DNA from: a bacterium
Lineage (GTDB): Bacteria > Patescibacteriota > Minisyncoccia > UBA6257 > JAGOQP01
Direction of reading: 5' to 3'
Length of the DNA: 64,000 nucleotides
NCBI GenBank assembly: GCA_021814695.1
Contig: JAKAHY010000004.1
Location: 24,481 to 88,480 of the forward strand
Below are positions 18,306-28,663 of the stretch, piece by piece; the first letter of the stretch is position 1, and every line of letters starts with the position of its first letter. Made by a program: the position numbers and the translations under genes. Below the pieces are notes generated by a model. It had not been told where the DNA came from, made no database searches, and saw only the letters and a list, made by a program, of their open reading frames with translations.

Positions 18306-20894
18306 ATGAATATTTTTTCGATTAAATCTAAACTAACTGCCGCAATATTTTTGATGATATTTGCGGTCTTGTTGTTTGTGGCACCGGCTAAATTGAACTT
18401 TGTGGGCTCATCTACGATTTCCGTTAATCAAGTATATGCGCAACAGACACAGGCCACCCAGGCTCAGCCGAATGCATCTGCTAAAGATCTATTAAGTTTA
18501 ACGCCCGTGGGACAAGCGGGGCTTGTTGTTGAGGCAATTCTTTATTTTATTCAAGCGGTATTGTATTTATTAATATCCATTACTGGTTTGTTATTTGGTG
18601 TTGCAGTTCAATTTAACTTGGATCTTTTGCAACCAGCTAATAATGTGGCGGTTTCGGTGGGGTGGGACATATTCCGCGTTATCACAAATTTGGGTTTCGT
18701 TTTGGGGATTATAATCATTGCCATAGGTACTATAGTTCGCAGCCGTTCGTATAGGGCTCAGCAGATACTCTGGCGTTTGATAGTGGCAGCTCTTCTGGTC
18801 AATTTCAGCTTAGTGATAGCAGGCGGAATCTTGCAAGTTAGCGATTCTCTAACTGGATATTTTTTGTCATCTCTGACAGGAACACAACAATATGATTTTG
18901 CCGGAGTAAATGTTCCACTCAACAGTCCCAATAATATGATAGTTGGAACTCTTGTAGCTGAGGTAACCGGATTCTTTAGGTTGCCAAATGTAGTTGTTCC
19001 ACAAGATAGTTCGGGCTGGTTTAATTCGTCGTTTCTAAAAGTTGCTAATGTAATTAGTCATGTGACGTTAGGGCCAACAATCCTTGAATTATTTTCTTTA
19101 GTCCTTACCGTTGTTGTGTTTCTCATCGTCTTTCTTACGCTGCTAGTTTTGTCTTTGCAGGTTTTTGTGCGTTATTTCTTTATAACCGTGCTTTTGATTG
19201 TTTCTCCAATAGTATGGCTGATGTGGATATTTCCATTCGGACAACGATGGTGGAGAGAATGGTGGAACCATTTTATTAAGTGGGCTTTTATGTTGCCTTT
19301 AAACCTGTTCTTTTTGTGGCTAGCTATAGCCCAACTTCAAGGGGTTATTTATGGGACTATGACAAAAAAAGTCACAAACCTCATGTCTTCCATGCAATAT
19401 GTCATTGGAGGGAATGTTGATTTTGGTTCAATTATGGGTTCGCTAATGGCCGTTGGTTTCATAATTTTAGGAATGAAGTTGTCACATAAACTTGGTATAG
19501 CTGCTGCAGATGGAGGAATAAAGATTGCTCAAAATGCTGGAAATAAAATTAAGGAAAAAGCCGCCAGAGGTGCTGGTGCCGGATTTGCGAGGGTTGGCGG
19601 TGGAGTAGCTGCAGAAACCATCGGTGCAAAGATGTCCACTTGGGCTGGTGCAAGAAAGGGGGCGGTAACGGGTTGGGTTGCCAGAGAAACCGTTGGCCGT
19701 GCGGGAAAGGGATTGATAGGTGTTGGCGCAACGGCGGAGAAAAGAAAGGCGGAACCTGTTTTTGGTAGGCCCCCCGAAGATTTTCTAAAAGAATACTCTC
19801 AGTGGACTCCTGATAGGCTAATTAAAGCGTATGCTGGCGCACCTCGAGAGCAACAGCTCGCGATTTTAATGACGCTAGAATCAAAAAAGAAGCTCACTGC
19901 TGAAAATGTAGAAAAACTTGGAGGAACAGAGGCTCTTTTGAATCAAGCTGATTATCTTGAAGGGGGCGGCAGAAAGCCGATTGCAGATAATATTAAAATC
20001 GCAATAGGAGATGATAGGACAACATATAATGCAAGAAAGGCGATTGATGCTATATCAGACCAGGTTGAAGAACGAAACGTTACCAAAGACGAATTAGTCG
20101 CGCTTGAATCTCGCCGTGCCAATCTTGAAGAACAATCCAAAACTTCACAGAATGAAATTGATAACGCTAATAAAGAACTCGAAGATGCTAGGGCAAAGGG
20201 TGATTTGAAGAGAGGGGGCGAAATTCAGGATAAAATTAGTGCTAGCAAAAAAGTTCTTGAGAGTGCAAAATCTGAAATTTCAACTATTAATTCACAGATT
20301 CAGCCCCTAAAAACAAAACTTGAACCTCTCGAAGCTGTTGTTGGACCACGCGAAAAGGAGCTTAATAACGCTAGAGCAAGTTTCAATTCCAAATTCAAGA
20401 AGCCAGAAGAACAGAAAAGGATTAACGAAGCAATATTCTCCAAGGAAGAGGAATTTGAGCAGGGCGAAGATGGCAAAGAGGGGAAGAGCAATCTTACCGC
20501 AGGTCAAAAACTTGATAGGATTGCTCAAGCTGAATTTATTAACTCAGAGCCGACTGGCCGCAGGCTACACGATGTTATTCCTTCAATGAACACTGACTCA
20601 AAATTAGAGGGGCTTATGAGGTCATTGGTTTTATCGGCGACTAAACAAAATCGGTTAACTGGAGATTTAAAAACTGCTTTTGATGGGGCTTTTAGAGGTA
20701 GTGGCAGCGTTAAAGATCTTATATACACAATGAAAAAATATGGAGTTCGTGATCAACGTCTTTTCAAGAGACTTGAAAAGCAGATTGACAGAACTATCGC
20801 TGGCGATTTGGGATTTTCTGAGAGTGGCACCAATAAAGAAAAGGAAAATGAGTCGAGTAAGGACGATGGTGGAAAGTCGGAGGAGAAAAAATAA
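18306..20894 (+). CDS. VirB6/TrbL-like polytopic membrane protein with C-terminal coiled coil
   Basis: GWDIFRVITNLGF...LIVAALLVNFS, RYFFITVLLIVSPIVW..WWREW..FIKWAF; long charged tail. Confidence 0.75.
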   Translation: MNIFSIKSKLTAAIFLMIFAVLLFVAPAKLNFVGSSTISVNQVYAQQTQATQAQPNASAKDLLSLTPVGQAGLVVEAILYFIQAVLYLLISITGLLFGVAVQFNLDLLQPANNVAVSVGWDIFRVITNLGFVLGIIIIAIGTIVRSRSYRAQQILWRLIVAALLVNFSLVIAGGILQVSDSLTGYFLSSLTGTQQYDFAGVNVPLNSPNNMIVGTLVAEVTGFFRLPNVVVPQDSSGWFNSSFLKVANVISHVTLGPTILELFSLVLTVVVFLIVFLTLLVLSLQVFVRYFFITVLLIVSPIVWLMWIFPFGQRWWREWWNHFIKWAFMLPLNLFFLWLAIAQLQGVIYGTMTKKVTNLMSSMQYVIGGNVDFGSIMGSLMAVGFIILGMKLSHKLGIAAADGGIKIAQNAGNKIKEKAARGAGAGFARVGGGVAAETIGAKMSTWAGARKGAVTGWVARETVGRAGKGLIGVGATAEKRKAEPVFGRPPEDFLKEYSQWTPDRLIKAYAGAPREQQLAILMTLESKKKLTAENVEKLGGTEALLNQADYLEGGGRKPIADNIKIAIGDDRTTYNARKAIDAISDQVEERNVTKDELVALESRRANLEEQSKTSQNEIDNANKELEDARAKGDLKRGGEIQDKISASKKVLESAKSEISTINSQIQPLKTKLEPLEAVVGPREKELNNARASFNSKFKKPEEQKRINEAIFSKEEEFEQGEDGKEGKSNLTAGQKLDRIAQAEFINSEPTGRRLHDVIPSMNTDSKLEGLMRSLVLSATKQNRLTGDLKTAFDGAFRGSGSVKDLIYTMKKYGVRDQRLFKRLEKQIDRTIAGDLGFSESGTNKEKENESSKDDGGKSEEKK

Positions 20895-20908
20895 AAAAAT
20901 AATAACCG

Positions 20909-21967
20909 ATGTATCAACCAACACGGCAACAAGTTATCACGCAATGGGAGCAGATGCCGGACATTCTTCGTGAAGCAATGCACTCTTCCCTTACTATAGA
21001 CGAAATTGATAACATTCAGACAAATTTTCATCTATCAGATGATAAAAGTAATACATTGGCCCGATTGATACGCGGCGTATTTTATGGGCTCATACACACA
21101 GAGGATTTATATAAAGAAATCAAGGACTCTCTTCAAATTGATCCGCGGTTAGCATTGGATATTTATCACGAAGTAGATAAAAAAATATTTGAGTCATTCA
21201 GGAAAGAGATAGAAGATAATTTTATAAGATCTAAAATTGGGGCCATAAAAGAATCGGAGGTGCCAAAGCCAAAATCCGTTCCTGCTCAAGTTGTCTTAAA
21301 AGAAGGTCCTGAAGTTATTAATCTTAAGCCCGAATCTGCAGTTTCCGAAACCCCAACAAAGTTGAAAGTTGAGGGTGTTCAAAAACCGTCAGAACCGGCT
21401 CCAATGCCCATCGGTCAAATTAATATAAAACCTGAGCCGATTACTGTTATTTCTTCGGCAAGTCCCAAGCCCCAATTTTCACCGATTGCTCAACAATCGA
21501 AACCTCCGGTTGCGCCAGTCACTCCTTGGCAAAAACCGGATGTTCCATCACAACCAAAAGCTGAGCCTGTTGGAGCCACCGAAGGTCCGATGATTATCCA
21601 TCAAAAAGAAGAGTCAATATCGGTATCTCAAACTCAAGCTGCCAGTCCTTTTAGGCAGAATTCTTTCGGAGGTTACATGGGATCGTTTAGGTCATTTTCC
21701 GGCCAGGCGCCACAAGCTCCGGTGTCTTCGGCAAAAATAGAAATGCCTTCCGGACAGAAGCCGGTTTCGGGCCAAACCGAACAAAAGATTCCGGTGGTGA
21801 TAAAAAAATATGAAGAAGAGCCGGCAAAAACAATTCATTATAGCGAACTAAAAACTCCGGTTACGCCCAAGAAAGAAAGTATGCCGCAGACTTCTGCGCC
21901 TGTCGTTGCCAAAAAACAGCCACCTGAGGGGATGGTTAATCTGTCCGATCTTACGTTCAGGAAATAG
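20909..21967 (+). CDS. Hypothetical protein, helical N-domain plus Pro-rich disordered tail
   Basis: Long ORF inside the locus; LPDILREA-like start; Pro/Glu/Lys-rich C-half. Confidence 0.7.
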   Translation: MYQPTRQQVITQWEQMPDILREAMHSSLTIDEIDNIQTNFHLSDDKSNTLARLIRGVFYGLIHTEDLYKEIKDSLQIDPRLALDIYHEVDKKIFESFRKEIEDNFIRSKIGAIKESEVPKPKSVPAQVVLKEGPEVINLKPESAVSETPTKLKVEGVQKPSEPAPMPIGQINIKPEPITVISSASPKPQFSPIAQQSKPPVAPVTPWQKPDVPSQPKAEPVGATEGPMIIHQKEESISVSQTQAASPFRQNSFGGYMGSFRSFSGQAPQAPVSSAKIEMPSGQKPVSGQTEQKIPVVIKKYEEEPAKTIHYSELKTPVTPKKESMPQTSAPVVAKKQPPEGMVNLSDLTFRK

Positions 21968-22010
21968 CTCCTTATGCGCTTTTTTCCAGTTTTTGATATA
22001 CTATAGTTAT

Positions 22011-22538
22011 ATGGCTCAATTCCAAGTGCCTCAATTTCTCGATATAGAAAGTAAAATTGTCGGCCCTTTGACGCTGAAGCAATTTGCATTCATAGCGGCT
22101 CCATCACTTATTTCTTTCTTTCTTTTCTTTACTCTCAATACTGTTGTCTGGGTTATTATTGCGGCTATTTTAATACTAACCGGAGTTGCATTTGCGTTCA
22201 TTAAACTCAACGGTAGGCCTCTATATATTATGGCCATTCATGCCGTTACGTTTTTTTGGCAGCCAAAGACTTTCTTTTGGAAAAGGCCGTTGGTCCAGGA
22301 AGTGGTTAATGTTCCAACAGCTACGGTAGAAGCCAAGCGTAGCGCTTTGCAAACAGCCTTACAGGGGATTTCGGGAATATCCAAATTATTTCAAGATCTT
22401 ACAACGACCAAAAATCCGATACCCAAACGCGAGAAAGTGGTCCCTAAAAAAACAATAACGGAGATAAGAGAGCAGTACCAGGTTTTCAGACGGGTTAGCG
22501 GTGAACAACAAGTAGCCCGACGCGTCGATTATAGATAG
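22011..22538 (+). CDS. prgI: PrgI family protein (VirB3-like)
   Basis: QFQVPQFLDIESKIVGPLTLKQF, two TM, NGRP; ATG 22011. Confidence 0.85.
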   Translation: MAQFQVPQFLDIESKIVGPLTLKQFAFIAAPSLISFFLFFTLNTVVWVIIAAILILTGVAFAFIKLNGRPLYIMAIHAVTFFWQPKTFFWKRPLVQEVVNVPTATVEAKRSALQTALQGISGISKLFQDLTTTKNPIPKREKVVPKKTITEIREQYQVFRRVSGEQQVARRVDYR

Positions 22539-22581
22539 AGCTTAGTGATTGAAGATAAGGTGGTGTATACTTATAAATAAT

Positions 22582-23244
22582 ATGGCCGAAACAACAATCG
22601 CTCCGAATTCAACCCAGCAATTTGTAGATATTGAGGAAATCAAGGACGGTATCGTCCACCTTAAAGGCGGCGGATTGCGGTCCGTTATTATGGTTGCGGG
22701 AGTAAATTTTGAACTGAAATCGGAAGAAGAGCAGGACATAATCACCGCCGGATATCAGGATTTTTTGAATTCACTGGACTTTCCCCTGCAGATAGTTATT
22801 CACTCACGGAAATTAAGCATAGATAAATATCTAAAGTCGGTTCAAGAAAGGCGCGATCAGGAGCCGAGCGAACTTTTGCGTAATCAAATTGACGAATACA
22901 CGGAATTTGTTAAAGGTTTTGTCAAAGAAAACGAGATAATGACCAAGACTTTTTTTGTGGCGGTTCCTTATGAAGGAGGGGGTGCGGCATCAATCAAAAA
23001 AGGAGTCTTAGGATTTTTTGGAGGGAATAAAAAGAAAAATGCCAAAAAAGAAAAGGAAGAAAGCTTTGAACAACAATTAACCCAGCTTCGCCAGCGAATC
23101 GACCAGGTTTTGGGAGGACTTGAAAGAATCGGTTTGCGCGCGGTGGTGTTAAATGACGACGAGCTGACCGAGCTTTATTACAATTTATACAATCCTGAAA
23201 CAGTCGAGAAAAAAATTCCCAAAGAAGCAGGTATAAAACAATAA
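22582..23244 (+). CDS. T4SS-associated protein (VirB4/TraE N-terminal-like)
   Basis: STQQFVDIEEIKDGIV, NFELKSEEEQ, FLNSLDFPLQIVIHSRKL, ELYYNLYNP; lies between prgI and virB4. Confidence 0.75.
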   Translation: MAETTIAPNSTQQFVDIEEIKDGIVHLKGGGLRSVIMVAGVNFELKSEEEQDIITAGYQDFLNSLDFPLQIVIHSRKLSIDKYLKSVQERRDQEPSELLRNQIDEYTEFVKGFVKENEIMTKTFFVAVPYEGGGAASIKKGVLGFFGGNKKKNAKKEKEESFEQQLTQLRQRIDQVLGGLERIGLRAVVLNDDELTELYYNLYNPETVEKKIPKEAGIKQ

Positions 23245-23246
23245 AT

Positions 23247-25004
23247 ATGGCGGAACAGATTAAAATAGTAAAACCATATACCGGAGGCGAAGCATCCGAT
23301 GTGCGAAATCTTATTGCACCCTCGGCGGTAGAGGTAGACCAAAATTACGTCAAAATCGGCAATAAATATGCCAAGACTCTCTTTGTATTTTCTTATCCTA
23401 GATTTCTTTCCGGGGGATGGTTTTCGCCAATCATAAATCTGGCAAAACTTTTTGATATTTCTATTTTTGTCCATCCTGTAGATACTGCCTTGGCATTGCG
23501 AAGCTTAAGGAAAAAAGCCGCTCAAATTGAAGCCGAAATCGGCGAAAAGCAATCCAAAGGTTTTGTGCGTGACCCGATGCTTGAGACTGCCTTTGCTGAT
23601 ATTGAATCTCTGCGTGATAATCTTCAGCAGGCGCGCGAAAGGCTTTTTGATGCAGCGGTTTACGTTACTTTTTACGCCGACACCGTCGAAAAGCTGAATG
23701 AATTGGAAGAAATAATTACCAATATTTTCGAAAGTAAAATTATCTATGTGAAACCGGCTACCTTCCAACAAATGGAGGGTTATGTGTCCACGCTGCCTTT
23801 GGCCGAAGACAAACTCGATATACAAACACCGCTGAACTCCGGTCCAATTTCTTCTTTTTTCCCGTTTGTTTCTATGGACCTGACTTCCGATACGGGAATT
23901 TTATACGGAATAAATCAGCACAATAACACTCTCGTAATCTTTGATAGGTTTTCTTTGGAGAATGCCCACCAGGTGGTGTTTGCAAAATCCGGTTCCGGAA
24001 AATCATACGCCACAAAACTTGAAATTCTGCGCACGCTGATGATGGGCACAAAAGTTATGGTTATTGATCCGGAGCAGGAATACAAAAACCTGAGCGATAC
24101 GGTTGGTGGAACATACTTTAAGATTTCTCTGACTTCCGACCAGCACATAAACCCGTTTGATATTCCGGTAATACCTCAAGGCGAAGATCCGGCCGATGTT
24201 TTTAAATCTCATATCTTAACTCTGACGGGACTGCTTAAAATAATGCTCGGAGATATTAGCGTGGAAGAAGAGGGTCTTTTGGACAGGGCGCTTACCGAAA
24301 CTTATGCATCGCGGGATATCATTCCGACAAACCCAAAATTTTTGGAAATTGAACCGCCACTACTTTCGGATTTGGAAACCGTTTTGAGAAATATGGAAGG
24401 AGGCAGACCGATGGCCGAACGTTTGTATAAATTTACCCAGGGGACTTATTCCGGATTTGTGAACCAGAAAACCAATATAGATATGAGCAATCGGCTGATA
24501 GTGTTTTCCATCCGCGATTTGGAAGAGGAGCTCAGACCGGTGGCTATGTATGTTATTTTGAATTTTATCTGGAATACGGTCAAAGCTAAACTTGAAAGAC
24601 GCATTTTGGTTATTGATGAAGCATGGGTAATGATGAAATATCCGGAAGGGGCTTCGTTTTTGTTCGCTTTAGCCAAGAGAGGGCGCAAGTATTATCTTGG
24701 TATCACTACAATTACCCAAGAAGTGGACGATTTCTTGAATTCTCCTTATGGGAAGCCTATTGTTTCCAACTCTTCATTGCAGCTTTTGTTAAAACAATCG
24801 CCAACCAGCATAGATACGATTGCCAAAGCATTTAATTTAACCGATGCCGAAAAGAATCTTCTACTTGAAGCGGGAATCGGTCAGGGACTATTCTTCGCCG
24901 GACTTAAGCATGTTGCAATCCAAGTAGTGGCATCTTATTTTGAAGATAAGATAGTTACGACAAAGCCGCAGCAGCTTTTGGATGAAGGCGGATCTCTTTT
25001 GTAA
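23247..25004 (+). CDS. virB4: VirB4/TraE-like T4SS ATPase
   Basis: FDRFSLENAH, Walker A AKSGSGKS, IDPEQEY, Walker B ILVIDEAW, KRGRKY, ITQ. Confidence 0.9.
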   Translation: MAEQIKIVKPYTGGEASDVRNLIAPSAVEVDQNYVKIGNKYAKTLFVFSYPRFLSGGWFSPIINLAKLFDISIFVHPVDTALALRSLRKKAAQIEAEIGEKQSKGFVRDPMLETAFADIESLRDNLQQARERLFDAAVYVTFYADTVEKLNELEEIITNIFESKIIYVKPATFQQMEGYVSTLPLAEDKLDIQTPLNSGPISSFFPFVSMDLTSDTGILYGINQHNNTLVIFDRFSLENAHQVVFAKSGSGKSYATKLEILRTLMMGTKVMVIDPEQEYKNLSDTVGGTYFKISLTSDQHINPFDIPVIPQGEDPADVFKSHILTLTGLLKIMLGDISVEEEGLLDRALTETYASRDIIPTNPKFLEIEPPLLSDLETVLRNMEGGRPMAERLYKFTQGTYSGFVNQKTNIDMSNRLIVFSIRDLEEELRPVAMYVILNFIWNTVKAKLERRILVIDEAWVMMKYPEGASFLFALAKRGRKYYLGITTITQEVDDFLNSPYGKPIVSNSSLQLLLKQSPTSIDTIAKAFNLTDAEKNLLLEAGIGQGLFFAGLKHVAIQVVASYFEDKIVTTKPQQLLDEGGSLL

Positions 25005-25027
25005 TATTGCTGCTGGCTTTAACAGTT

Positions 25028-25825
25028 ATGAATAACGACCAGCTAAAACTTACCGATTTTTTTGACCCGATTGTACAACTTGCCATCGGGTTGGCGGTTG
25101 CGGGCGATATTCTTTTTATAGTGCTGCCTTTACGTTATATATTCGCCGTTATTATCGGCATAGTTCTTTGGCAGGGAATGAAAGGATTTTTAACAAAATT
25201 CGTTTTTATTATTTGTCTTGTTCTGCCTTTACCGCTGATGACGATAGGAACTATATTGGGGATTATTCTTTCGAACGGAGTGGTAAGAATGATAGCTACT
25301 CAGGTTGCAATACAAGCCTTATCGGTTGCTACCGTAGGGGGAGCCGAAGTTCTTGAAGTTGGTGCTGTGGCGGAGACGGCTGCCGCCGGAGCGGAAGCGG
25401 TTGCCGGTACGGCAGCTGCAGCAGCCGAAGCGGGAGCAGTTGGGGCCGAGGCCGCCGCTGCCGGAGCTGAGGTTGCCGGTACTGCGGCTGAGGCTGGTGT
25501 TGGTGCGGTAGAAGAAGCAGCCGGAGCCATACCTAAGCCAGTGGGGCCTTCGGCACAGCCCCCGGAAATGCCGGGACCTCAAGCCCAGCCGGAAGAAGCC
25601 AAAAAACCATCCCTTAAAGAAAGGGCTAAAGGCAAAGTTGTTGAAAAAATAAAAGAAAAGCTTGCTGAAGATATCGCTGAAGAAGGAGGGCCAAGCGACG
25701 AAAATGAGAACGAAGAAGAATCCAATATAATTCAAGGAGAATTCGGAAATCCGGACATCAGTGATTTAGAAAGCCAAGAACAAGAAGAGGATGAGAATAT
25801 TGTTGATTTGAGGAAAGCAGCTTAA
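25028..25825 (+). CDS. Membrane protein with Ala/Gly/Glu-rich repeats and acidic tail
   Basis: Hydrophobic N-half, AGAE(A)VAGTAA repeated, ends EEDENIVDLRKAA. Confidence 0.7.
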   Translation: MNNDQLKLTDFFDPIVQLAIGLAVAGDILFIVLPLRYIFAVIIGIVLWQGMKGFLTKFVFIICLVLPLPLMTIGTILGIILSNGVVRMIATQVAIQALSVATVGGAEVLEVGAVAETAAAGAEAVAGTAAAAAEAGAVGAEAAAAGAEVAGTAAEAGVGAVEEAAGAIPKPVGPSAQPPEMPGPQAQPEEAKKPSLKERAKGKVVEKIKEKLAEDIAEEGGPSDENENEEESNIIQGEFGNPDISDLESQEQEEDENIVDLRKAA

Positions 25826-25861
25826 TTCTAAGAAAAATTCATTTGTGTTATACTATATCAA

Positions 25862-26578
25862 ATGAACCGTTTGCTAAAAATCTCGGTAATATTTGTCTTT
25901 TCTATTATAATCGTGGCATTTGGCGTTAACTACGCTCAAGCGGCAGACCCGCAATTTTTGGTTTCGTGGAAAGCCGATACAAGCGCTCCACAATCATATA
26001 TGGGAAAAATTATGCCGGTAAGCGGATCTACTATAACCATTTCCTTTGAACTTATAGGCACAACCGGTAATCAGGCTGGAAAAGTTTTAGATCTGACAAA
26101 TAGCAATGTCCGTTGGTATATTAACGGGAATCTCCTTTCTCAGGGGAAGAATGAAAAGACATTTTCATTTATTACGGCAGACAATAATGATACCGAAACG
26201 GATTTAAAGATTTCGGCCGAGTACGCCGATCCGGTTGCCGGTTACAGTTATTTTGTGGATAAATACGTTACAATCCCCTTATCACATCCTCAAGTGGTAA
26301 TAAATCAAAATAAAATAAGCAGCTCCATTGCTGTCGGTTCGGGAACTCAATTGTTTGCATTGCCGTATTTTTTCAATGCTCTTATAAAAAATTTAAGCAT
26401 ACAATGGGTGGCTAACGGCCAAAATATTCCTATTGATCCTAAAGATCCATGGAATCTCAGCGTCAATATAGGTTCAAATTATATTTCCGGATCACAGGTG
26501 ACTATTTCGGCGGTTGTTCAGAGCATTTTTGATTCTTCGATTCAGGCACAAAAAAATCTCATTATTACGGTTCAATAA
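25862..26578 (+). CDS. Secreted beta-rich (Ig-like) hypothetical protein
   Basis: Signal peptide ending AQA; two WxxNG repeats. Confidence 0.7.
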   Translation: MNRLLKISVIFVFSIIIVAFGVNYAQAADPQFLVSWKADTSAPQSYMGKIMPVSGSTITISFELIGTTGNQAGKVLDLTNSNVRWYINGNLLSQGKNEKTFSFITADNNDTETDLKISAEYADPVAGYSYFVDKYVTIPLSHPQVVINQNKISSSIAVGSGTQLFALPYFFNALIKNLSIQWVANGQNIPIDPKDPWNLSVNIGSNYISGSQVTISAVVQSIFDSSIQAQKNLIITVQ

Positions 26579-26579
26579 T

Positions 26580-27452
26580 ATGAAAAAATTTATTCGAAAA
26601 ACAATTTTATTGGCGGCTCTCATTTTTGTGATTGGGGGGATTTATAACTTTGTTTTTGCCACTAATGTCACGTTGGAATACCCCGCATTTACTCGAGCTC
26701 CGAGTCCTGCCGACATGGTGGGCCAGATTTATACCTATGCTTTAAGTATCGCAGGTGCGCTTGCAATTATTCGTGTCGTATATGGCGGAATAGTCTATAT
26801 AATAAGTGCCGGCAATACATCAAAACAATCCGATGCCCGGGATATTATTACCAGCGCTATCTGGGGATTGGTGCTTTTGGCCGGATCTTATCTTCTTTTA
26901 AATACCATCAATCCGGAAATAGTTCAGCTTAAAAATCCGAATCTTACTCCATCTGCTTTAATAAAAGGCACAGGGGGTCAAATTGGAGTTGTCCCAAGCG
27001 GAGGGTTTGGTGGCATCAGCGAGCAGTCGGCCCGTACCGAACTGACCGCCGGTTTAGTGCAGGTAAAACCCCAATGTTCTCCGGGACAAACTGCCTGCGC
27101 CACTCTTGATAATATCCAACAATCAACCGTGGATGAATTACTTGCATTAAAACAGTATTGCGATGCTCAGGAAGGCAGCTCTTGTAAAGTTTTGGTAAAT
27201 GAAGGAACTGGAGGTTCTCACAGCGAGACCGGAACGCTTACTCACGCCAACGGGTATAAAGCCGATTTAAATTACACCCCCAGTGATCCCCTGACATCAT
27301 ATATAGAAAGCTGGAACAAAGTCGGTCCGGCAAGTGTTCCTGCGGAGATACAAAAAGGCTGCTCAACTTATAGTTGTTATCAAAGTCCGACCGGAGCAAT
27401 TTATATGCTTGAGGGAGATCATTGGGACGTTACCGTTCCACCTAAAAAATAA
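26580..27452 (+). CDS. VirB2/TrbC-like T4SS pilin fused to a putative M15-like Zn peptidase domain
   Basis: Pilin: ALAIIRVVYGGIVYIISAGN..KQSDARDIITSAIWGLVL..INP; C-domain: HANGYKAD (Hx6D) and EGDHWD. Confidence 0.7.
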   Translation: MKKFIRKTILLAALIFVIGGIYNFVFATNVTLEYPAFTRAPSPADMVGQIYTYALSIAGALAIIRVVYGGIVYIISAGNTSKQSDARDIITSAIWGLVLLAGSYLLLNTINPEIVQLKNPNLTPSALIKGTGGQIGVVPSGGFGGISEQSARTELTAGLVQVKPQCSPGQTACATLDNIQQSTVDELLALKQYCDAQEGSSCKVLVNEGTGGSHSETGTLTHANGYKADLNYTPSDPLTSYIESWNKVGPASVPAEIQKGCSTYSCYQSPTGAIYMLEGDHWDVTVPPKK

Positions 27453-27455
27453 AAA

Positions 27456-28661
27456 ATGAAGCGAACCGCAATAATTATTATAGTAGTCATTATCGCCGTG
27501 GCAGTTGCTGTCGGGGTTTATTTAGGATATCAGAAATCAAAAAGTGTTATTTCTCTAACCGGTTCGACGCAACAAGGAGCTTTGCCTATAGGCACTAGCA
27601 ATGGAGAGGCGGCCGGTAGCACAAATCAGGGGGGCGCGGCATCGGCAGAAAATATTTCATCCACAAGCACCGAAGAAGCCGGCTATTTTCAGGACCAAAA
27701 ACAGAGACTGTCGATTCTGACAACTCAGCCGGTCATGGGTTATTGGATGACAGTGCCTAAAATTGCCTCAACTACGCCACAGATATTTTATCTTGACCAG
27801 AAAGGAGAAGTTGTAGAGATTGACCAGACGGGCAAGGAAAATGTTGTTTCTAATTCAAATTTGGGAATTCCCGTGCGAAGCCTTCAGAATATAGACGGAT
27901 CAAAGGTGATAGTCCTATTTGATTCGGGAATACTGGCTATTTTTGACACTGCCTCAAAGGTTTGGCAATCATTGGATTCGTCAATATCTTCATTTGTCTT
28001 TTCGCCCGATGGGAAAAGCATCGCTTATGTAAAACCCAATGGCGCCAGAAATTCCATATATACTCAGAATATTTCTACAACCAAGAAGAATTTAACGCTC
28101 GTAGCGACACTTAACATACAGGATTTTTCTATCGCCTGGCCTTCTGTTAGCACGATAATTCTTGTTCCTAAGCCGGCAAACCAGTTTTATGGTCAAGCGT
28201 GGTATCTGAATTTAAAAAATAATACTCTTAATTCTTTGGGGTTTGGTAATGGGCTTGATTATGTTTTTTCTCAGAAAGCCAATTATGGAATTCAATTCAT
28301 TTCAACCGACAGAAGCAAAATTTCGGTTTCCATAATTAATGACTCCGGAAAAAAACTTGCCGACATGCCATTTTCTTCCATAGCAGCTAAATGCTCGTTT
28401 GCCCAAGACGCGATAGCGGCTTATTGTGCCATACCGGTATCATATACGGGCGGTGCTGTTACTCTTCCGGATGATTATTTAAAGAAAGCGACATTTAGTA
28501 ACGACTCTATTTATAAAATAGACTTATCTTCATCCCAACTCACAAAAATTGTGGATTCGGGTACGGCCTTAATTGATGCGACCGATATAAGAGCGGCAAG
28601 CTCGACTTTGCTCTTTGTAAATCGTCTTGATGGCATGTTATATAGATTTAATATGCAGTAA
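27456..28661 (+). CDS. Membrane-anchored beta-propeller-like (TolB/WD40-like) protein
   Basis: N-terminal TM; FSPDGKSIAY repeat motif; LPDDY. Confidence 0.65.
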   Translation: MKRTAIIIIVVIIAVAVAVGVYLGYQKSKSVISLTGSTQQGALPIGTSNGEAAGSTNQGGAASAENISSTSTEEAGYFQDQKQRLSILTTQPVMGYWMTVPKIASTTPQIFYLDQKGEVVEIDQTGKENVVSNSNLGIPVRSLQNIDGSKVIVLFDSGILAIFDTASKVWQSLDSSISSFVFSPDGKSIAYVKPNGARNSIYTQNISTTKKNLTLVATLNIQDFSIAWPSVSTIILVPKPANQFYGQAWYLNLKNNTLNSLGFGNGLDYVFSQKANYGIQFISTDRSKISVSIINDSGKKLADMPFSSIAAKCSFAQDAIAAYCAIPVSYTGGAVTLPDDYLKKATFSNDSIYKIDLSSSQLTKIVDSGTALIDATDIRAASSTLLFVNRLDGMLYRFNMQ

Positions 28662-28663
28662 TT

